This document shows positions 23,030 through 36,739 of a stretch of 64,000 bases of DNA, piece after piece. Source of the DNA: Callorhinchus milii. Taxonomy: Eukaryota. The number at the start of each line of letters is the position of its first letter. Positions within the stretch are counted from its first letter, which is position 1. Both the position numbers and the translations under genes were made by a program. The DNA is taken from positions 102,674,001-102,738,000 of the forward strand of contig NW_024704742.1 of the NCBI RefSeq assembly GCF_018977255.1, read 5' to 3'. The notes beneath the pieces were generated by a model. It was not told the DNA's origin. It searched no databases and saw nothing but the letters and a program-made list of their open reading frames with translations.

Positions 23030-24010
23030 GCACTTTTCTTTGGTTTATTTTTAGGTTCCCTTGCACCACTGATATTTTGCCCTCTTTCTCTCCTGTGAAA
23101 ACGGAAGCAAAATATTGATTCAACAAGCCTTATTGTCCATTATAGTCTCACCTACATCTGTCTTTAATGGGCCCACATTCCCCTTTACCACTCTCTTTCT
23201 CTTAATACATTTATAAAAACTTTTACTGTGGCCTTTAATATCCTTGCAAGTTTTTTCTCATATTCCCTTTTTTGTTACTCTTATTACTTGCTTTGTATCT
23301 ATTTGTTGTATCTCCCAGTCCGCTGGATTTCCACTTTTACTTGCATTAGTATAACCCTTTTCTTTGCATTAGTATAACTCTTTTCTTTTAGGTTGATGCT
23401 GCCTCTTACCTCATTTGTTGACTGTGGTTGTTGAACTACACAAGTGGAGGATTTGTTTTTTGGGATATGTACTGTTTTTTTTATTGTTCCAAATTCTTCT
23501 CTGAATGCATCCTTCTCTCCTACCCCTACCAGCCCCCAACACTAACCTCCCCACTTGAACTGCATCCTGCTCCACGGTAACTTGGTTAGCATTCTGCTCA
23601 TCCTCCCCGTAGCCTTCTTCCCCACCCTCATGTGGAGCAAGGACATTTACCTGTTGGACAGGACCAGTTCTGCTTCCACTAGGTTGCCCTGCTGTCTGTC
23701 AGTCACACAGTTCTATTCCTGTACCTGTCTCTCTGTTCCGAAGTAAACTATTCAGATATTCCTCCCCTCCCTTATGTGTTGGAGTGTCTCTATCGCGCAC
23801 TCCAGCTCAAAGGCTCTGAGCCGGAGTGACTCAAGGTATTTCCCACAGATGTGATCATCTGTGACAGTCCACAATTCCCCAAATTCTGCAGTCTGGACAC
23901 ACTGCCTGTACAACTATTTTCTACTGTTTATTTAATGTTTAATTTTTTTCTAATATGAGCACCTCCTTCCCCCTCTGCACCAAATTCTCACTCTCACCAA
24001 ATTCTTGTTG
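23030..24010 (-). mobile_element. Old CR1 fragments (ORF2 and ORF1 region) in an ARL14EPL intron
   Basis: Reverse complement resembles the CR1 endonuclease-RT linker seen at 4300-4700, plus ORF1-like segments. Confidence 0.6.
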
Positions 24011-24555
24011 TAGAGGCCTCATTCTGTTCCCCCCTCACTCCTTTCACAGCTTCTGCCATTGGGCTCTCTGCAAGTTATTTACAGTAATTTCTCTGTCCAT
24101 TGGGCAGATACTACTACAACAACTTGCATTTCTATTGCACCCTTCATATATAGTAACATCTCAGAGTGCTTTACAAGAATAAGGTCAGACACTGAGCGAG
24201 GACATAGACATAGTTGTATTTGAAGAAGGGGATTTGAGGCAGAACGTAATGACAAAGATAGGGTCAGACAGAAGAAGTCCAAAGTCAGGGGCATGGATAT
24301 CCTGAACTGCATTTCACAAACTCTATTTCATCATTTACTTATGAATGACCAGAGAACAAAAATCAATATTTTGGAATTAAGATCATTTTAGCAAAAAAAC
24401 TGACAACGTAGGCCTTATAGTAAGGGAAGAACATGGAGTGTCCCATCAATCTTTTCTGATTGCATAAGTTACCTAATATTATAGAACATGGAGTCCAACC
24501 TTACAACTATGACTACTACACCTGAATATAGTTAATCCATTCTCATCTTGCGTAC

Positions 24556-24699
24556 CATTTTCTTTCGGGTTTCAGCTTCAGCCACATTTTCCTCTTCCAC
24601 AACTTGCTTTCTGTCTTTCATGGAATAATTTTTAGCAAAGGAGGTGGTTCCATTTTGAGAAGAAATGCTCGCCTCAGCACAGTACTTCATGACAGACAT
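24556..24699 (-). CDS. ARL14EPL: ARL14 effector protein-like, first coding exon (MSVMKYCAEASISSQNGTTSFAKNYSMKDRKQVVEEENVAEAETRKKM)
   Basis: Open 144-bp frame from ATG to a GT donor (ATG|GTACGC), phase 0, matching the next exon. An AG acceptor lies 4 nt before the ATG. The sequence is poorly conserved, so the call rests on structure. Confidence 0.7.
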
Positions 24700-25751
24700 T
24701 TCTCTATTTGAAAAATATTGAAGAATTGTAAAGATTTTTATACAAGAAATCTAAGAAGTACATGCAATGAAATCTGCACAGAAAGGCTGCCTTTAAGACA
24801 CTAAACAGTCACTAATGAATCCGACTGAAGTAGGTTTCTAGAAAAAAACCCTCATGAATTGACTTCCTGTAAACAACAGAACTGCATCAAATCAAATGAT
24901 CAGCTGAACAGGAAAAAGCAAAAAGGAAACACCTTGGTCACAATGACAAGCTGTCACATGGGAAAGCAAACAGTCACACCAGAGACCAGAGTTTCCCACC
25001 TGTGTTCTCTTCCGGTGCAGAAATAGAGACCCATAAAACAGCGAGAAATTGCATTGTAAAACCACATTATATACCACAAGTCACGAGTTAAACTTTCTTT
25101 TTGTGCTTGAGTTAGAGGACGTCAGCTTGATAGTGGGGACTGTCATAGTCATTCATCTCTTTTCTTATCAGGTGAATACAGGTCCAGGCAGAGCGATCTC
25201 AAGAACTACCCAGAACACTTTATCATGTAAACCATTCCTCTTTACTCAACCAGTAATATTCTACACACAGAGCTTTCCGGAAACTGCACAATGGCGCAAA
25301 AATAAATCAACTTTAGCTCAACAAGCAATCTTATACTATAAGAACTGCTACAAACAGTTTTGCGCTGCCTGGGAATCAAACCCAGGTCCTCTCGCTTGCG
25401 AGTCGAGTGTTCTAGCCAATGTCCTACAGGACTCCCATGCTCCTGGACTACCTGCTCCTTTAAAATAATAAGCACCCAATTACCAGTTTCAATAATACCA
25501 ATGTACCAGTGAGTTTATTAGCTATTAGACTGAGAGTGCTGTTTTAATTTGAGCAGTAAGGAATTAGATACAGGTTATGGTCTATAGAGAAGTCCAACGA
25601 GGAATATATTTAGCAATTTAAATTTTTTGAAAGAGTAAACTACAGTGCAAAGCACAACCAGCCCAACATATCCACCAGTAGCTGCAATGGGGACATAATA
25701 TTATGTGCGAGATTAGTCATTAAAATTCTCCAACTCATCAACACGTAAAGC

Positions 25752-26405
25752 TTGAAACAAAAACAGAAGTCGCTGGGAACACTCAGCAGGTCAGGCAGCA
25801 TTTATGGAGAAAGGAAAGTGAATCAACGTTTCTGGTCCATGACCCTTCGTCAGGAGGGAGGGAGAGGCTTTTAAGGGTTAACAGAGAGGGGGGAGACAGG
25901 GCAAGGAAGACAAAGGAGAAAATGGGGTAGAGGACCGGGATGATGGGTTAAAGAGGTGTTAATGATGCAAAAAGGGGGGATTACAACAAAGCAGGGGAAC
26001 AGGGGTGTCAATAATGCAAAACAGAAATGCAACAAAATAGACAGACCAGAGAGAGAAAAGGTTGTCTGGGACCCAGATGATGTGGTAATGATCACAGAAG
26101 AGGGGGAGGGGAATGTGAGCTGCTATGGTCTGAAATTGTTGAAATCAATATTGAGGCCAGAGGGCTGTAAGGTCCCTAGCAGATAAATGAGGTGCTGTTC
26201 CTCAAGCTTCCACTGTGGCTCATTGGAACAGCATAGGAGACCATGGATGGAGAGGTCAGAGTGCGAGTGGGAGGGAGGGTTGAAGTGGCCAGGTGAACGC
26301 CATGGTCACTTTCCTTTCTCCATAGATGCTGCCTGACCTACTGAGTGTTCCCAGCGACTCATGTTTTTGTTTCAGATTTCCAGCATCTGCAGTATTTTGC
26401 ATTTA
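25752..26405 (-). mobile_element. Penelope-like element (GIY-YIG C-terminus with an inverted pLTR copy)
   Basis: Minus strand encodes GHFNPPSHSHSDLSIHGLL..KLEEQHLIYLLGTLQPSGLNIDFNNFRP*. ~70-bp inverted ends. TAAAGCTTGA direct repeat at 25746-25755 and 26415-26424. Confidence 0.88.
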
Positions 26406-27809
26406 GTTCATACATAAAGCTTGATATTTGAGCAGTCCTTTCAATCTAACAAAAATAATGATCAACAGCACTAGACAAGGCACTGAGCCACTCATTATGC
26501 TGAATACCTCCATGAACACAATTCCCTTCCAGACTCCTGAAGCATGTAGCGTATAATTATCTTCAACTGTCTAATTAATTGGATGTCCCTGTAAGGAACA
26601 GGTGAATAAAATGTGAAGTAATTTGTACCACGTAAAGCTTTTTTTAAATAAAAGAGACTTCATTGGGAAAAGTTGTTACCGTAACATTTAGAAAAACAGA
26701 AACATAGAAATCTGCAGTGCAGAAAGAGATCATTCGGACCATCGAGTCTGCACTGTGTTCAGAGTTGTTTTCCCTCTAACAAACAGGGAGGCTGAGGATT
26801 TGGTTCATTGTGTTGTGTAAATTCAGATGTAAAACAAGTAATAGTTGTTAAGAGTTGAATCATGTGCAAGAAGGTCCAAGTCCCATGGCTTTGCCTTGCT
26901 ATGGTCATCACAACAAAGCCATCAGTGCATTGTTCTGACCATAACCAAAAGGCCATCTGGTTATCAGATACACACCAACACCCTCCCCCCACCCCACCCA
27001 ACATGTTTTGAATATACATTTTCAAATGGTGATCATATTACAAACACGTTGATATTTCAAAAGGGTGAATGTTTAGCTAACCTCCAACTGCTTGCAAGAA
27101 GTTTCTGCAGATTCAGCACAAAGCCTGAGCAGGACAGGTGTCAGTCAGTTAGTCAGAGCTGAAGCGATGCCCAAGCACCTGATATACAAACTGTCAGTCT
27201 GCACTCGCTTCGCTCTGCAGGCGATCTGTGTATGTGTTGTAAATGCCGTGTTCAACGCTACTTCTCCAACACCATTCACATCTGATCAATGCAACTTATT
27301 CCTTACATGATGAAATACTGCCCCCCCCCTGCCCCCCTCTGCACGCGCGCCTTCATCTCTCGCTTTTTTTCCCACTCCTCTCTTCCCACCTGTCAGTCAA
27401 ACATAAGCAATACATTTGCAACTGCAACTCGGGCTTCAGGGTTGAAAGCGCAGTAACGTCACTGTGTAGTGATCACCTGCAGCAACACAGCCGTGTAATC
27501 AATCACCTTTAGGGCTGAAAAGCACGACTTGTATCACAGCACAAGGCTAGCTCGTTGTAACAAAAGCATCTTGGCGCCTTGGGACGTTCTCCCAAAGGCG
27601 CTATAAAAACATAATTTTGTTGTGTATTGTTGCTGGAAATGGGTCAATGCATTATTGCAATTGTACCAGAATGTGAGGTTCATCATTTTGGGGGATTAGG
27701 AAAGGTTAGTTTAAACAAAAGTCTTTAGGGGAAATATACGCAGGGCAGATACATATCACAATCATCTGACCCAATAGTTTCTAGGTGCACAGAAATACAA
27801 GTATGCGGA

Positions 27810-27920
27810 GAAATTTCACTGGCGCCCCAAAGGAAATTTCACTGGTGCCCCAAAGGAAATTTCACTGGCGCCCCAAAGGAAATTTCACTGGCGCCCCAAA
27901 GGAAATTTCACTGGCGCCCC
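27810..27920. repeat. 23-bp tandem repeat GAAATTTCACTGGCGCCCCAAAG x ~4.8
   Basis: Near-identical units with no spacers. Confidence 0.95.
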
Positions 27921-28427
27921 AGATCTACCAAGTCATTGTCTCTTCCAGCGGAAGCAAATTGTTCCACCCCCAGATCTACCAAGTGTCTACCATCAAGAGA
28001 TATATCACTCCGACTTATATATTTTTTAAAAATCCTTGTATTTGATATAGTGCCTTATTGCATTGACGAACCATCTCAACGGACTTAACAAGAATTGCTG
28101 TAGAGTGCAATCAATGTGTTTGTAAGGAAAAAATAATCTACACTATAGATTTAAAAATGTATTGATCATGTATGTTGCTTTGAAAATAACCTGGATAGTG
28201 GGAGTGCCTGTTCTATTATGCATGGTACAAGGTTTTTCAAAATTTGTTGAAAATATTTTTCAGCCATAATTAAGCACCTGTGTTCACAATTTTCCAACCA
28301 GTTTAGCAGTTGCTTTTAATCGCAACCATGCATATGCTGCTAACCAATATGCTGCATGAATCATAGTCCACAATTGTGCCACTTACAAAATAAATTTACC
28401 TACAAAAATGCAGTCACTACAACTTAT

Positions 28428-28798
28428 AATAACAATCCTTGCATTTGATATAGCTATTTATCACTTCTTAGAAACATCTCAAAGCACTTCACAGAATATA
28501 CTGCATAGTGAATTTACAATATTTTGTGGGTGAAACGCAGCAGCCAATTGCGACAGCAGAGTCCTTCAAACAGTCATGTTTTGAGTGACAAAATCACTAT
28601 TATTTTTTTTGAAGCGATTACCACCCCCGTAAAAACAATCCACCAATCGACTAACAACTGGGCTCCTAACTTACTACTAGGCAAATAAAGGCGTGTGAAG
28701 TAAGGAAACTTGCCTAGGTTTCGCCCTACCTGGGAATCAAACCCAGGTCCTTTCACATGCAAGGCGAGTGCTCTAACCAATACGTTGCAAGACTCCAC
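28428..28798 (-). mobile_element. tRNA-derived SINE, full length
   Basis: Head GTGGAGTCTTGCAAC..GGTTAGAGCACTCGCC..GGTTTGATTCCC, family core, and AAATGCAAGGATT tail. Confidence 0.85.
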
Positions 28799-29714
28799 TC
28801 AAATTTACACTGAATCCTGTGTGGTGCTTTGAGACGTCCTTCCAACATGAAAAGCACTATATCAAATGCAAGGATTATTTTACAGTGGTTCCATCCATGC
28901 AGCAGATATACAACACATGCAGAGCTTGTTACTATAGTAACCATTCAACCTACCATTTGAACCCATCTTCATCGTTTGGCAATTATGGAGGAGGATTTAG
29001 TCGATCAAGTTACCAGTTGTCCACCTCGTTGTTAGCAAAGCTAACTACAGCTCTGGTATGAAGTGCTGGCAAGATTCCCTGTGCTTGTCTAAGTAGGTGT
29101 TAGATACTGTAGTTAGGTGTACAATATTGACTCACAGAATTGAAGACACGTTTAAGCCTCCACTGATTAGCCAACTTGAGTGCCTGGTGAACTATCAACA
29201 GTATATTGGATTGCTGAGGACTTGCCTGTCTGTGTTTACCTGGTGTATCCCCTGGGAGGCCTCGCTTAACTGGTCCCAAAAGGTTCCATGTGGCATCTGT
29301 GTTTTTTCGACCTCAAAAGTGAAGGGCCAAACGGAAAAGTCTAAATTTCAGTGCACAACAGCAATAGCAAATTATGAATCTTGAACAGACTTGTTAAAAA
29401 AAACCTTGCTTACAACTGCAGCCACCAACGTGTGGGAGGGATGGCAAACTGAGCATGCATCTTGCGTTGTACTTGAAATATAAAAACAATCAGGAAATGT
29501 TTGGGCAAAAATGTAATATGTAATGTCGACAGTAATATGCGGTACACGTGATGTGTAAAAGCAGTAGCATTAAGTAATACATGCATTGAAAAAAAACAAC
29601 CTTATGATAATAAGGGTGCTTTAATATTCTTGATTTGGAGTCCAGAAAAAGCAGTGAGAAAGAGGGTGGATATTCAGTGCTTCATCATTATTATACTATT
29701 GGGTATAATACGCT

Positions 29715-32180
29715 ATAATGCACTCCCTTTCCGCTTCGCTGGAGACATCCGAACTCCTGCCCCCCTGGCTCTCCTCTAACAACAACCTACCCTCCTCCCT
29801 CTCTCTTCCCCACAACTCCCTCTCCTCCATCGTTGATTCCCTTGCCCCCCTGTACATGCTGACATCATCCACGCAGAGGGGATTAACTTCCACATGTATG
29901 CAGATGACACGCAACTCTTTTTCTCTGCCTTTACCCTCAACCCCAGGAACACTGATGTCCTGACAGACTGCCTGTCAGACATCAAGTCCTGGACGAGAGC
30001 CAACTTTCTACAGTTGAACATCAGCAAAACCGAGGCTCTCCAGCGCCTCCGCACCTCAGGCACTGGCAGTATCAGCATCCATTGAGGCACACTCCACCTC
30101 ACCAAGCCAGTCAGGAACCTAGACATCTTGTTTGACCCTCAACTATATTTTCTCCCCCACATCCATGCCATGACCTGCTTTGCTTTCTCCCATCTCCCCA
30201 ATATTGCCTCGCCCCTCAGACAACTGAAACCATCATACGTGCCTTCATTACATCATGACCCGACTATGCCAAATCCCTGCTTGTCGGCCTTCCCAACTCT
30301 TCCCTCCACACGCTGCAGATTATCCAGAAGTCTGCAGTTTGTGCCCTCTCCCGCACCAGGCTCTGTGACCCCATCACACCCATCCTCACCCGGCTCCACT
30401 GGCTCCCCATCCCTCAAAGGATCGAGTTCAAAATTCTCATCCTCATCTTCAAGGCCCTCCATGGCCTTGCCCTCTCCTACTTCTCCGACCTGCTAACCCT
30501 TTATCAAGCTATCTGCTCCCTCCACTCAGCAGGCTCCGGCCTGCTGCATGTCCCCCACCTGGCCTGTCCCACCATCAGTGGTCAGGCTTTCAGCCTCTCT
30601 ATCGCACCTCAGGAACTCCATCACACATTCCCTTCGCCTTGCTCCCTCCCTTGCCTCCTTCAAGACGCACCTCAAGACCCTCCTCTTCAACCATGCCTTC
30701 CGCCACCCCACCCTCTCTGCCCTCCAACCTCCCTAATCCCAAACCCCTCACGCTCGGGTCCTAATCCCTGACTGTTCAGCAACTTTGGAAGTCCTCCTGA
30801 ATGTTTACAAATGTAATTTTGTATTTTATTGTACCTCTCCCACCATCTCCACTTTTGTTCAACTAATGGCTTCTCCTCTAGCCCCCGCACCATCATGTAT
30901 GGCAGCCCTTAGGGTTCTATCCTTGGTCCTCTCCTTTCCAACATTTACATGCTCCCATTTGGCAACATCATCTATAGGCATGGGGTCAACTTCCATCTGT
31001 ATGTGGATGACACCCAACTCTACCTCTCCGACTCCACCCTTGACTCCAAGGCCATTGCTGTCCTCACAGACTGCCTGTTGGACATCAATTCCTTGATGAG
31101 AGCAAACTTCCTCCAGTTGAATGTCAACAAGATCGAGGACCTCTTGCTTGCCTCCCGTCAGGGTCTCCATTCTCAGGCACTGACAGCATCACCCTGCATG
31201 GATGCCAATATGGAAACTGGCATCCTATTCGAGCCTCAACTGTCCTTCATCCCCCATATCCTTGCCATGACCCGCTCTGCATTTCTCCACCTCTGCAACA
31301 TTGCCCGGTTCCGCCACTGTCTCTCATTGAAGGCCACCAAGAACCTCATCCATGCATTCATCACATCCAGCTGACTGAACAAACTCCCTGCTTGTTAGCC
31401 TCCCCTCCACAGGATGCAAATCATCCAGAATACTGCAGCCTGTGTCCTCTCCCGCACCAAACTCCGTGACCCTATCATCCCCATCCTTGCCTGACTCCAA
31501 TGGCTTCCCATCACACAGAGGATGCAGTTCAAGATCCTGGTCTTCACCTTCAACACCCTCCACAGTCTGCCTGTACCCTCCGTTCCTCTGGGTCCAGTCT
31601 GCTCCACATCCCCCGCCCCAACTGCCCTACCATTAGTGGCCGGGCCTTCAGCCTCTCAGCCCCGAGGCTCTGGAACTCTATCCCCCAGTGCCTTCGCCTT
31701 GCTTCCTCCCTTTCCTCCTTCAAGGCCGGTCTCAAGACTTTTCTCTTTGACCGTGCCTTCAGCTCCCCTCTCGACTCTCTAACCCTCCTCGCTCCCTCCC
31801 TTCCCTCCCCTCAGCCTGACTATTTCCCCACTGCTCGGGTCCTGACCCAACTGTACAGCGCCTTGGGACGGCCTCCCGACGTGAAAGGTGCTCTATAAAT
31901 GGAATCTTGTTGTTGTTGTTGTTGTTGTTGCTCCTCTGTGACCTCCTAATCCCCTACAACCTACCCATTCCTCCTGCTCAGTGAGCTCAGGCCTGATTCA
32001 TGTCCCCCAACTTGCCCATTGGCTGGAGAGCTTTGAGCCTCTCTGCCCCACCCTCTGGAACGCCATCTTAGTCCCTCCTCCTTGCCTCCTCCCTTCAAGA
32101 TGCTTCTCAAGATCGACCATCCTCCTAGCCCTACCCTCCCAGCCCTCCACCCCTAATGAACCCAACCACCAGCTCGGGTG
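29715..32180 (+). mobile_element. Tandem and nested L2 fragments (at least three copies)
   Basis: YADDTQLF and [10 protein letters not shown] motifs, LHWLP motifs, LKTFLFDRAF ends. A young copy at 31570-31930 has a (TTG)n tail. Confidence 0.9.
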
Positions 32181-33944
32181 AGGATCACTCTCTTCCCCTT
32201 CTTTTTTTGCATTGTTAAAACATGTGTTGAGTAAACCTGCCTTGGTTGTTGGGGCTCTCACCTCAAAGAGTCCAAAGATTGTAGGTTTAGGTCCCATGTT
32301 CGGGCTTGAGCTTGTAGATTAGGCTGATATTTTAATGAGGTATTTGAGTAAAACTGTCATCTCATCCACCTATTATTCCCTTTTACCTCCTTTATTTTCT
32401 TCCCTGTAAAGAATACTGCTATTCAGTCACTCTGGGTTCAAAACTTGAAGATGTCTACGTGGCAGATTAACTTCTGAAAATATCATTGCTGATTCTTATC
32501 TGAGCTCGGCAGGCAATGGCCTGCTCTGTGTCCCATGCCCTGCCTGCTCCACCATCAGCAGTTGAGCCTTCAGCGTTTCTACCCCGACCCTCATGTAATT
32601 GAGATGTCCGAAAGCACTTCACATTGTGAAGTGTAGTGACTGCGTATTTGTAGGTGAACCATGTCATACATTGAACTACCAGTTTGTGGCAATGGGCTGC
32701 TGGTTAGTGGAAGAGTAGCTAAACTAAACAAATCAGAGTAAAAGCAGCATCCCCCTAGCAGGTAGTTTGATGCCAGCTGCTCAACAAAACCATTGAAAAG
32801 TGTGTGTGGGGGTGCAATGAGAGAGTGTGAGAATCCAATGCAGCACACCCAGGATCCAGTCAATGTGTTAGATATAAGAAGGTGGCTATTTTGGATGCAT
32901 ATGTGTTAATAAGATTCATGGCATTAATTAACACAGGACACGTTGCAATTCTCACTCCATCAAAAACATCCAATAAAGAGGCAAAATGCACACACTATGT
33001 CAGTATGACCTGATGATGAAATGCTGAACATTTAAGGATGAATAATTCTTATTCTAAATTATTACATATACAGTATAGTGATTAAGCCTTGACATAAACT
33101 TTGATTTTACATTGTATGAATGCTGGAATAATTACATACTATGTCAATTGATTTATAACAACTGAAACAGAATTCTACGACATCGTATGTGTGTATGTGG
33201 GGGGAATGAGGCAGAGGGAGGGAGGGATGGATGGATGGATGGAGTTCCAGAGAGCAAGGGCAGATGGCTGATGGCTGGGCACAATTAGATGGTGGATGTA
33301 AAATAAGCTGGTGTTCACGGAGGAATCAGCCAGGGCAGTAGGGTAACATCAATTGAGCCTGGATATGTAGAATAATCCAATCTAATGCATGACTTTTGTA
33401 GGGGGTACTTAATATCTGACCCAGCAGTGAAGTAAGGACTGGCACAAATGCTTTCAATCAATCAATATTTATTGATACAAATTAGCAAGATTATGCAAGT
33501 TACAATCAGTAAATCAATCAAAAGTAATGCTTACATGACAACAACTTGCTTGCATTTATATAGCACTCTTTATGTGGGGTAGCATCCCGGATTGCCTAAA
33601 CAAAGGGCGGTGAGTAGGAGTGGGAGCATTTTCAGAGGGTGTGGCTCAGGTCAGGGGCAGCAGTCAAACATGCACTCCGAGACTGGGAGCAGAGGAATCA
33701 GTGGGGCATCATGAGCCCACAAGCATGGTGGCCGCAAGAGGCTAGAGAGGACTTTGCAGAGGGGAGACAGAGGATGGTGCTCATGGCTTTGTTGGATCAA
33801 AGCCAGAGAGGGAGGGAATGGTGGATGGGATTAAAGGAGGACAGGGTGCTTGCAAGTGGGCCTGCTCATGAGTGTTCATGTGGGAAGAAATAACATAGAT
33901 AGAAGTAGACCAGAGGTCCGTCATGCTAAATTTAGAGGATTAAC

Positions 33945-36600
33945 ACCAACAACAAAATTACATTTGTAAAGCGCCTTTCACGTCGGGAGGATGTCCCAAG
34001 GCACTGGACAGAGTTATGGACATAAGCTGGGAGTCGGGGTGGGGGAGAGTGGAGGGCAGGGGGGGAAGCAGGAGATCGAAAGCACGGTCAAAGAGGAGGG
34101 TTTTGAGTTGGGTCTTGAAGGTGGCAAGGGAGGGGGCGAGGTGGAGGGACTGCAGGATGGAGTTCCGGAGGGTGGGGGCAGAGTGGCAGAAGGCCCGCCC
34201 GCCAATAGTGAGGCAAGCAAGGTGGGGCACATGAAACAGGCCTGAGCCTGCTGAGCGGAGGGAACGAACAGAATGGTAGGGGGTTAGGACGTCGCAGAGG
34301 TAGGGGGGGAGCAAGACCGTGGAAGGCTTTGAAGGTGATGACCAGGATTTTGAACTGTCTCTTCTGTGTGATGGGACCCAGTGGAATTGGGCAAGGATGG
34401 GGATGATAGGGTCACGGAGCCTAGTGTCAGCTCTCTCGCCTCCACTGGCTTCCCATCCCCCAGAGGATCGAATTCAAGATCCTCATCTTCACCTACAAGG
34501 CCATTCACAGCCTTGCTCCCTCCTATCTGTCCGACCTACTATCCCCCTACTTACCTGCCCGTACCCTCCATTCCTCTGGCTCCAGTCTGCTCCACATACC
34601 CCGCCCCAACCGCCCTACCATCGGTGGTCGGGCCTTCAGCCTCTCAGCCCCTAGGCTCTGGAACTCCATCCCCCAGTGCCTTCGCGGCTTCCTCCTTTTC
34701 CTCCTTCAAGGCCGGTTTCAAGACCCTTCTCTTTGACCGAGCATTCAGCTCCCCTCCCGACTCTCTAACCCTCCTCGCTCCCTCCCTTCCTTCCCCTCAT
34801 CCTGACCATTTCCCCCTGCTCGGGACCCAACTGTCCAGCGCCTTGGGATGTCCTCCCGACGTGAAAGGCGCTCTATAAATTAAATCTTGTTTTTGTTGTT
34901 GCTGTTGTAGTGTGGGAGAGGGCTGCAGAGTTCTGGAGTTCTGGGAGCCAATCAGGAGGGCCTCGGTCTTGTTGACGTTCAACTGAAGAAAGTTAGCTCT
35001 CATCCCGGACTTGATGTCTGACAGACATTCTGTCAGGACAGCAGTGGTCCTGGAGTCAAGGGTGGAGGCAGAGAGGTAGAGTTGGGTGTTATCCGCATAT
35101 AAGTGGAAGTTGACCCCAGTCTGTGGATGATATCACCAAGAGGGAGCATATAGATTTTGAAGAGGAGGGGACCAAGGACAGAGGCCTGAGGAACGCCGCA
35201 CAAGACTGTGCAGGGGTTAGAGGAGAAGTCGTTTGAGGAAATGAAGTGCAGGCAGTGTGAGAGGTATGATCTGAACCAGTCAAGGACAGCGCCGTGGAGG
35301 GTGAGGTGAGAGGAGAGGCGGTGGATGAGGATAGAGTGGTCGACGGTGTTGAAAGCAGAGAGGTCAAATAGGACAAGGAGTCAGAGGGAGCCCTGGTCGC
35401 AGATGGACAGAATGTCATTCGTCACTTTGTGCTGTGGGCAGCACGGAAACCCAATTGGAAGGGTTCGAGAAGGGAGTGACAGGAGAGGAAGGAACGAAGC
35501 TGAGAAGCAACAACTCATTCCAGGACCTTGGAGAGGAAGGGGGTTTGGAGATGGGGTGGTAGTTAGGGATTAGAGAAGGGTCCAGGGAGGGTTTTTTAAG
35601 GATGGGAGTGATGACAGTGTTTTTTAATGGGGTGGGAACAGTACCAGAGGACAGGGAGAGGCTTACAATGTCAATAAGTAAGAGGACAAGGAGGTGGAGC
35701 TGGGAGGTAAGGAATGGGGTAAGGATGGCGTCAAGGGAGCAGGTGGTAGGTTTCATACAGTTTATGGTGGTGATGAGAGAGGAGGGGGAGACAGGTTCAA
35801 AGATGTGGAGGGATAGATGGATAGGGGCTGGGGTGGGAGGATGAGATGGGGAGGGGGAAGCAGATGCAGTGGCAGAGGCAGCTGAGTGGATTCCCTCACT
35901 TTGGATTCAAGGAAGTCCAGCATCACCTCGCAGTTGGCATTTGAGATGAGGATGGATGAGGCATGAGAGGGTGGGCAGAGGAGCTGGTTCTTGATGGAGA
36001 AATGAGCCTAGGGTTGTCCTTAGCCTCCAAGATTGTCTTAGAGTAGAACAACGATTTAGCAGAGGTGAGGGCAGAGCGGTAGGATTTGATATGGTCCAGC
36101 CAGATCTGCCGATGGACAGTGACGTTTGATTTAAACCAGGTGCGCTCAGCAGAACATGTCTGAGCTTCAAGGGAGTGGTGGTGGCTGGTGTACCAAGGTG
36201 ATTTATGTGAATAGGAGACAGTTCGGGAAGAGAGGGGAGTGAGAGAATCAAGAGTGGAGGAGAGGAAGCTGTGTGACCGAGGAGGACAGGTCAGTGCGGG
36301 AGAATGCCCAGAGGGGAAGGAGTTCAGATGACTCCAAAGAAACCGGGGGGAGGAGACTTTTTTCTCAGGGGCAGTATGAGATGGAGGTGGGTTGGGTGGC
36401 GGTGGGGAGAGGGATTGAGGAGTTAAGGGAGATGAAGTGATGATCCGAGCTTGATTTGTCGATGATGGTGAGGTCCGAGACGGTGAGGCCCCGAATGATC
36501 ACCAGGTCGAGGGGATGACTGTAGACGTGGATGGTGAGTGTTTTGTTGGAGAGGGAACAGATGATTTGTAGACCGATGCAGAGGGGACAGTTGGTAGTGA
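33945..36600 (-). mobile_element. L2 LINE (endonuclease to 3' end, decayed)
   Basis: PLDLVIIRGL..SDHHFI endonuclease region, TCSLDAI..GTVPTPLK, RT region and 3' tail. Confidence 0.9.
34428..34907 (+). mobile_element. Young L2 3' fragment nested in the older L2
   Basis: TSD TAGTGT at 34422-34427 and 34908-34913. Very similar to the 3' part of 5746-7350. Confidence 0.88.
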
Positions 36601-36739
36601 AAAGTGGGGGGCGAGGTGGGAGAGAGGGAGGACTGACAGGGAGGGTAGGGATGTGAATCAGGAAGTAGTGGTTGGAATTAGGAAGGAAGCTAAAGGGAAA
36701 GACTTCAAGTGTAGTATTTTCTGAAGTACTACCTGTACC

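Noticed and set aside
27810..27920. 23-bp repeats of CRISPR-like length
   Set aside because: No spacers, no cas genes, vertebrate context; a simple tandem repeat.
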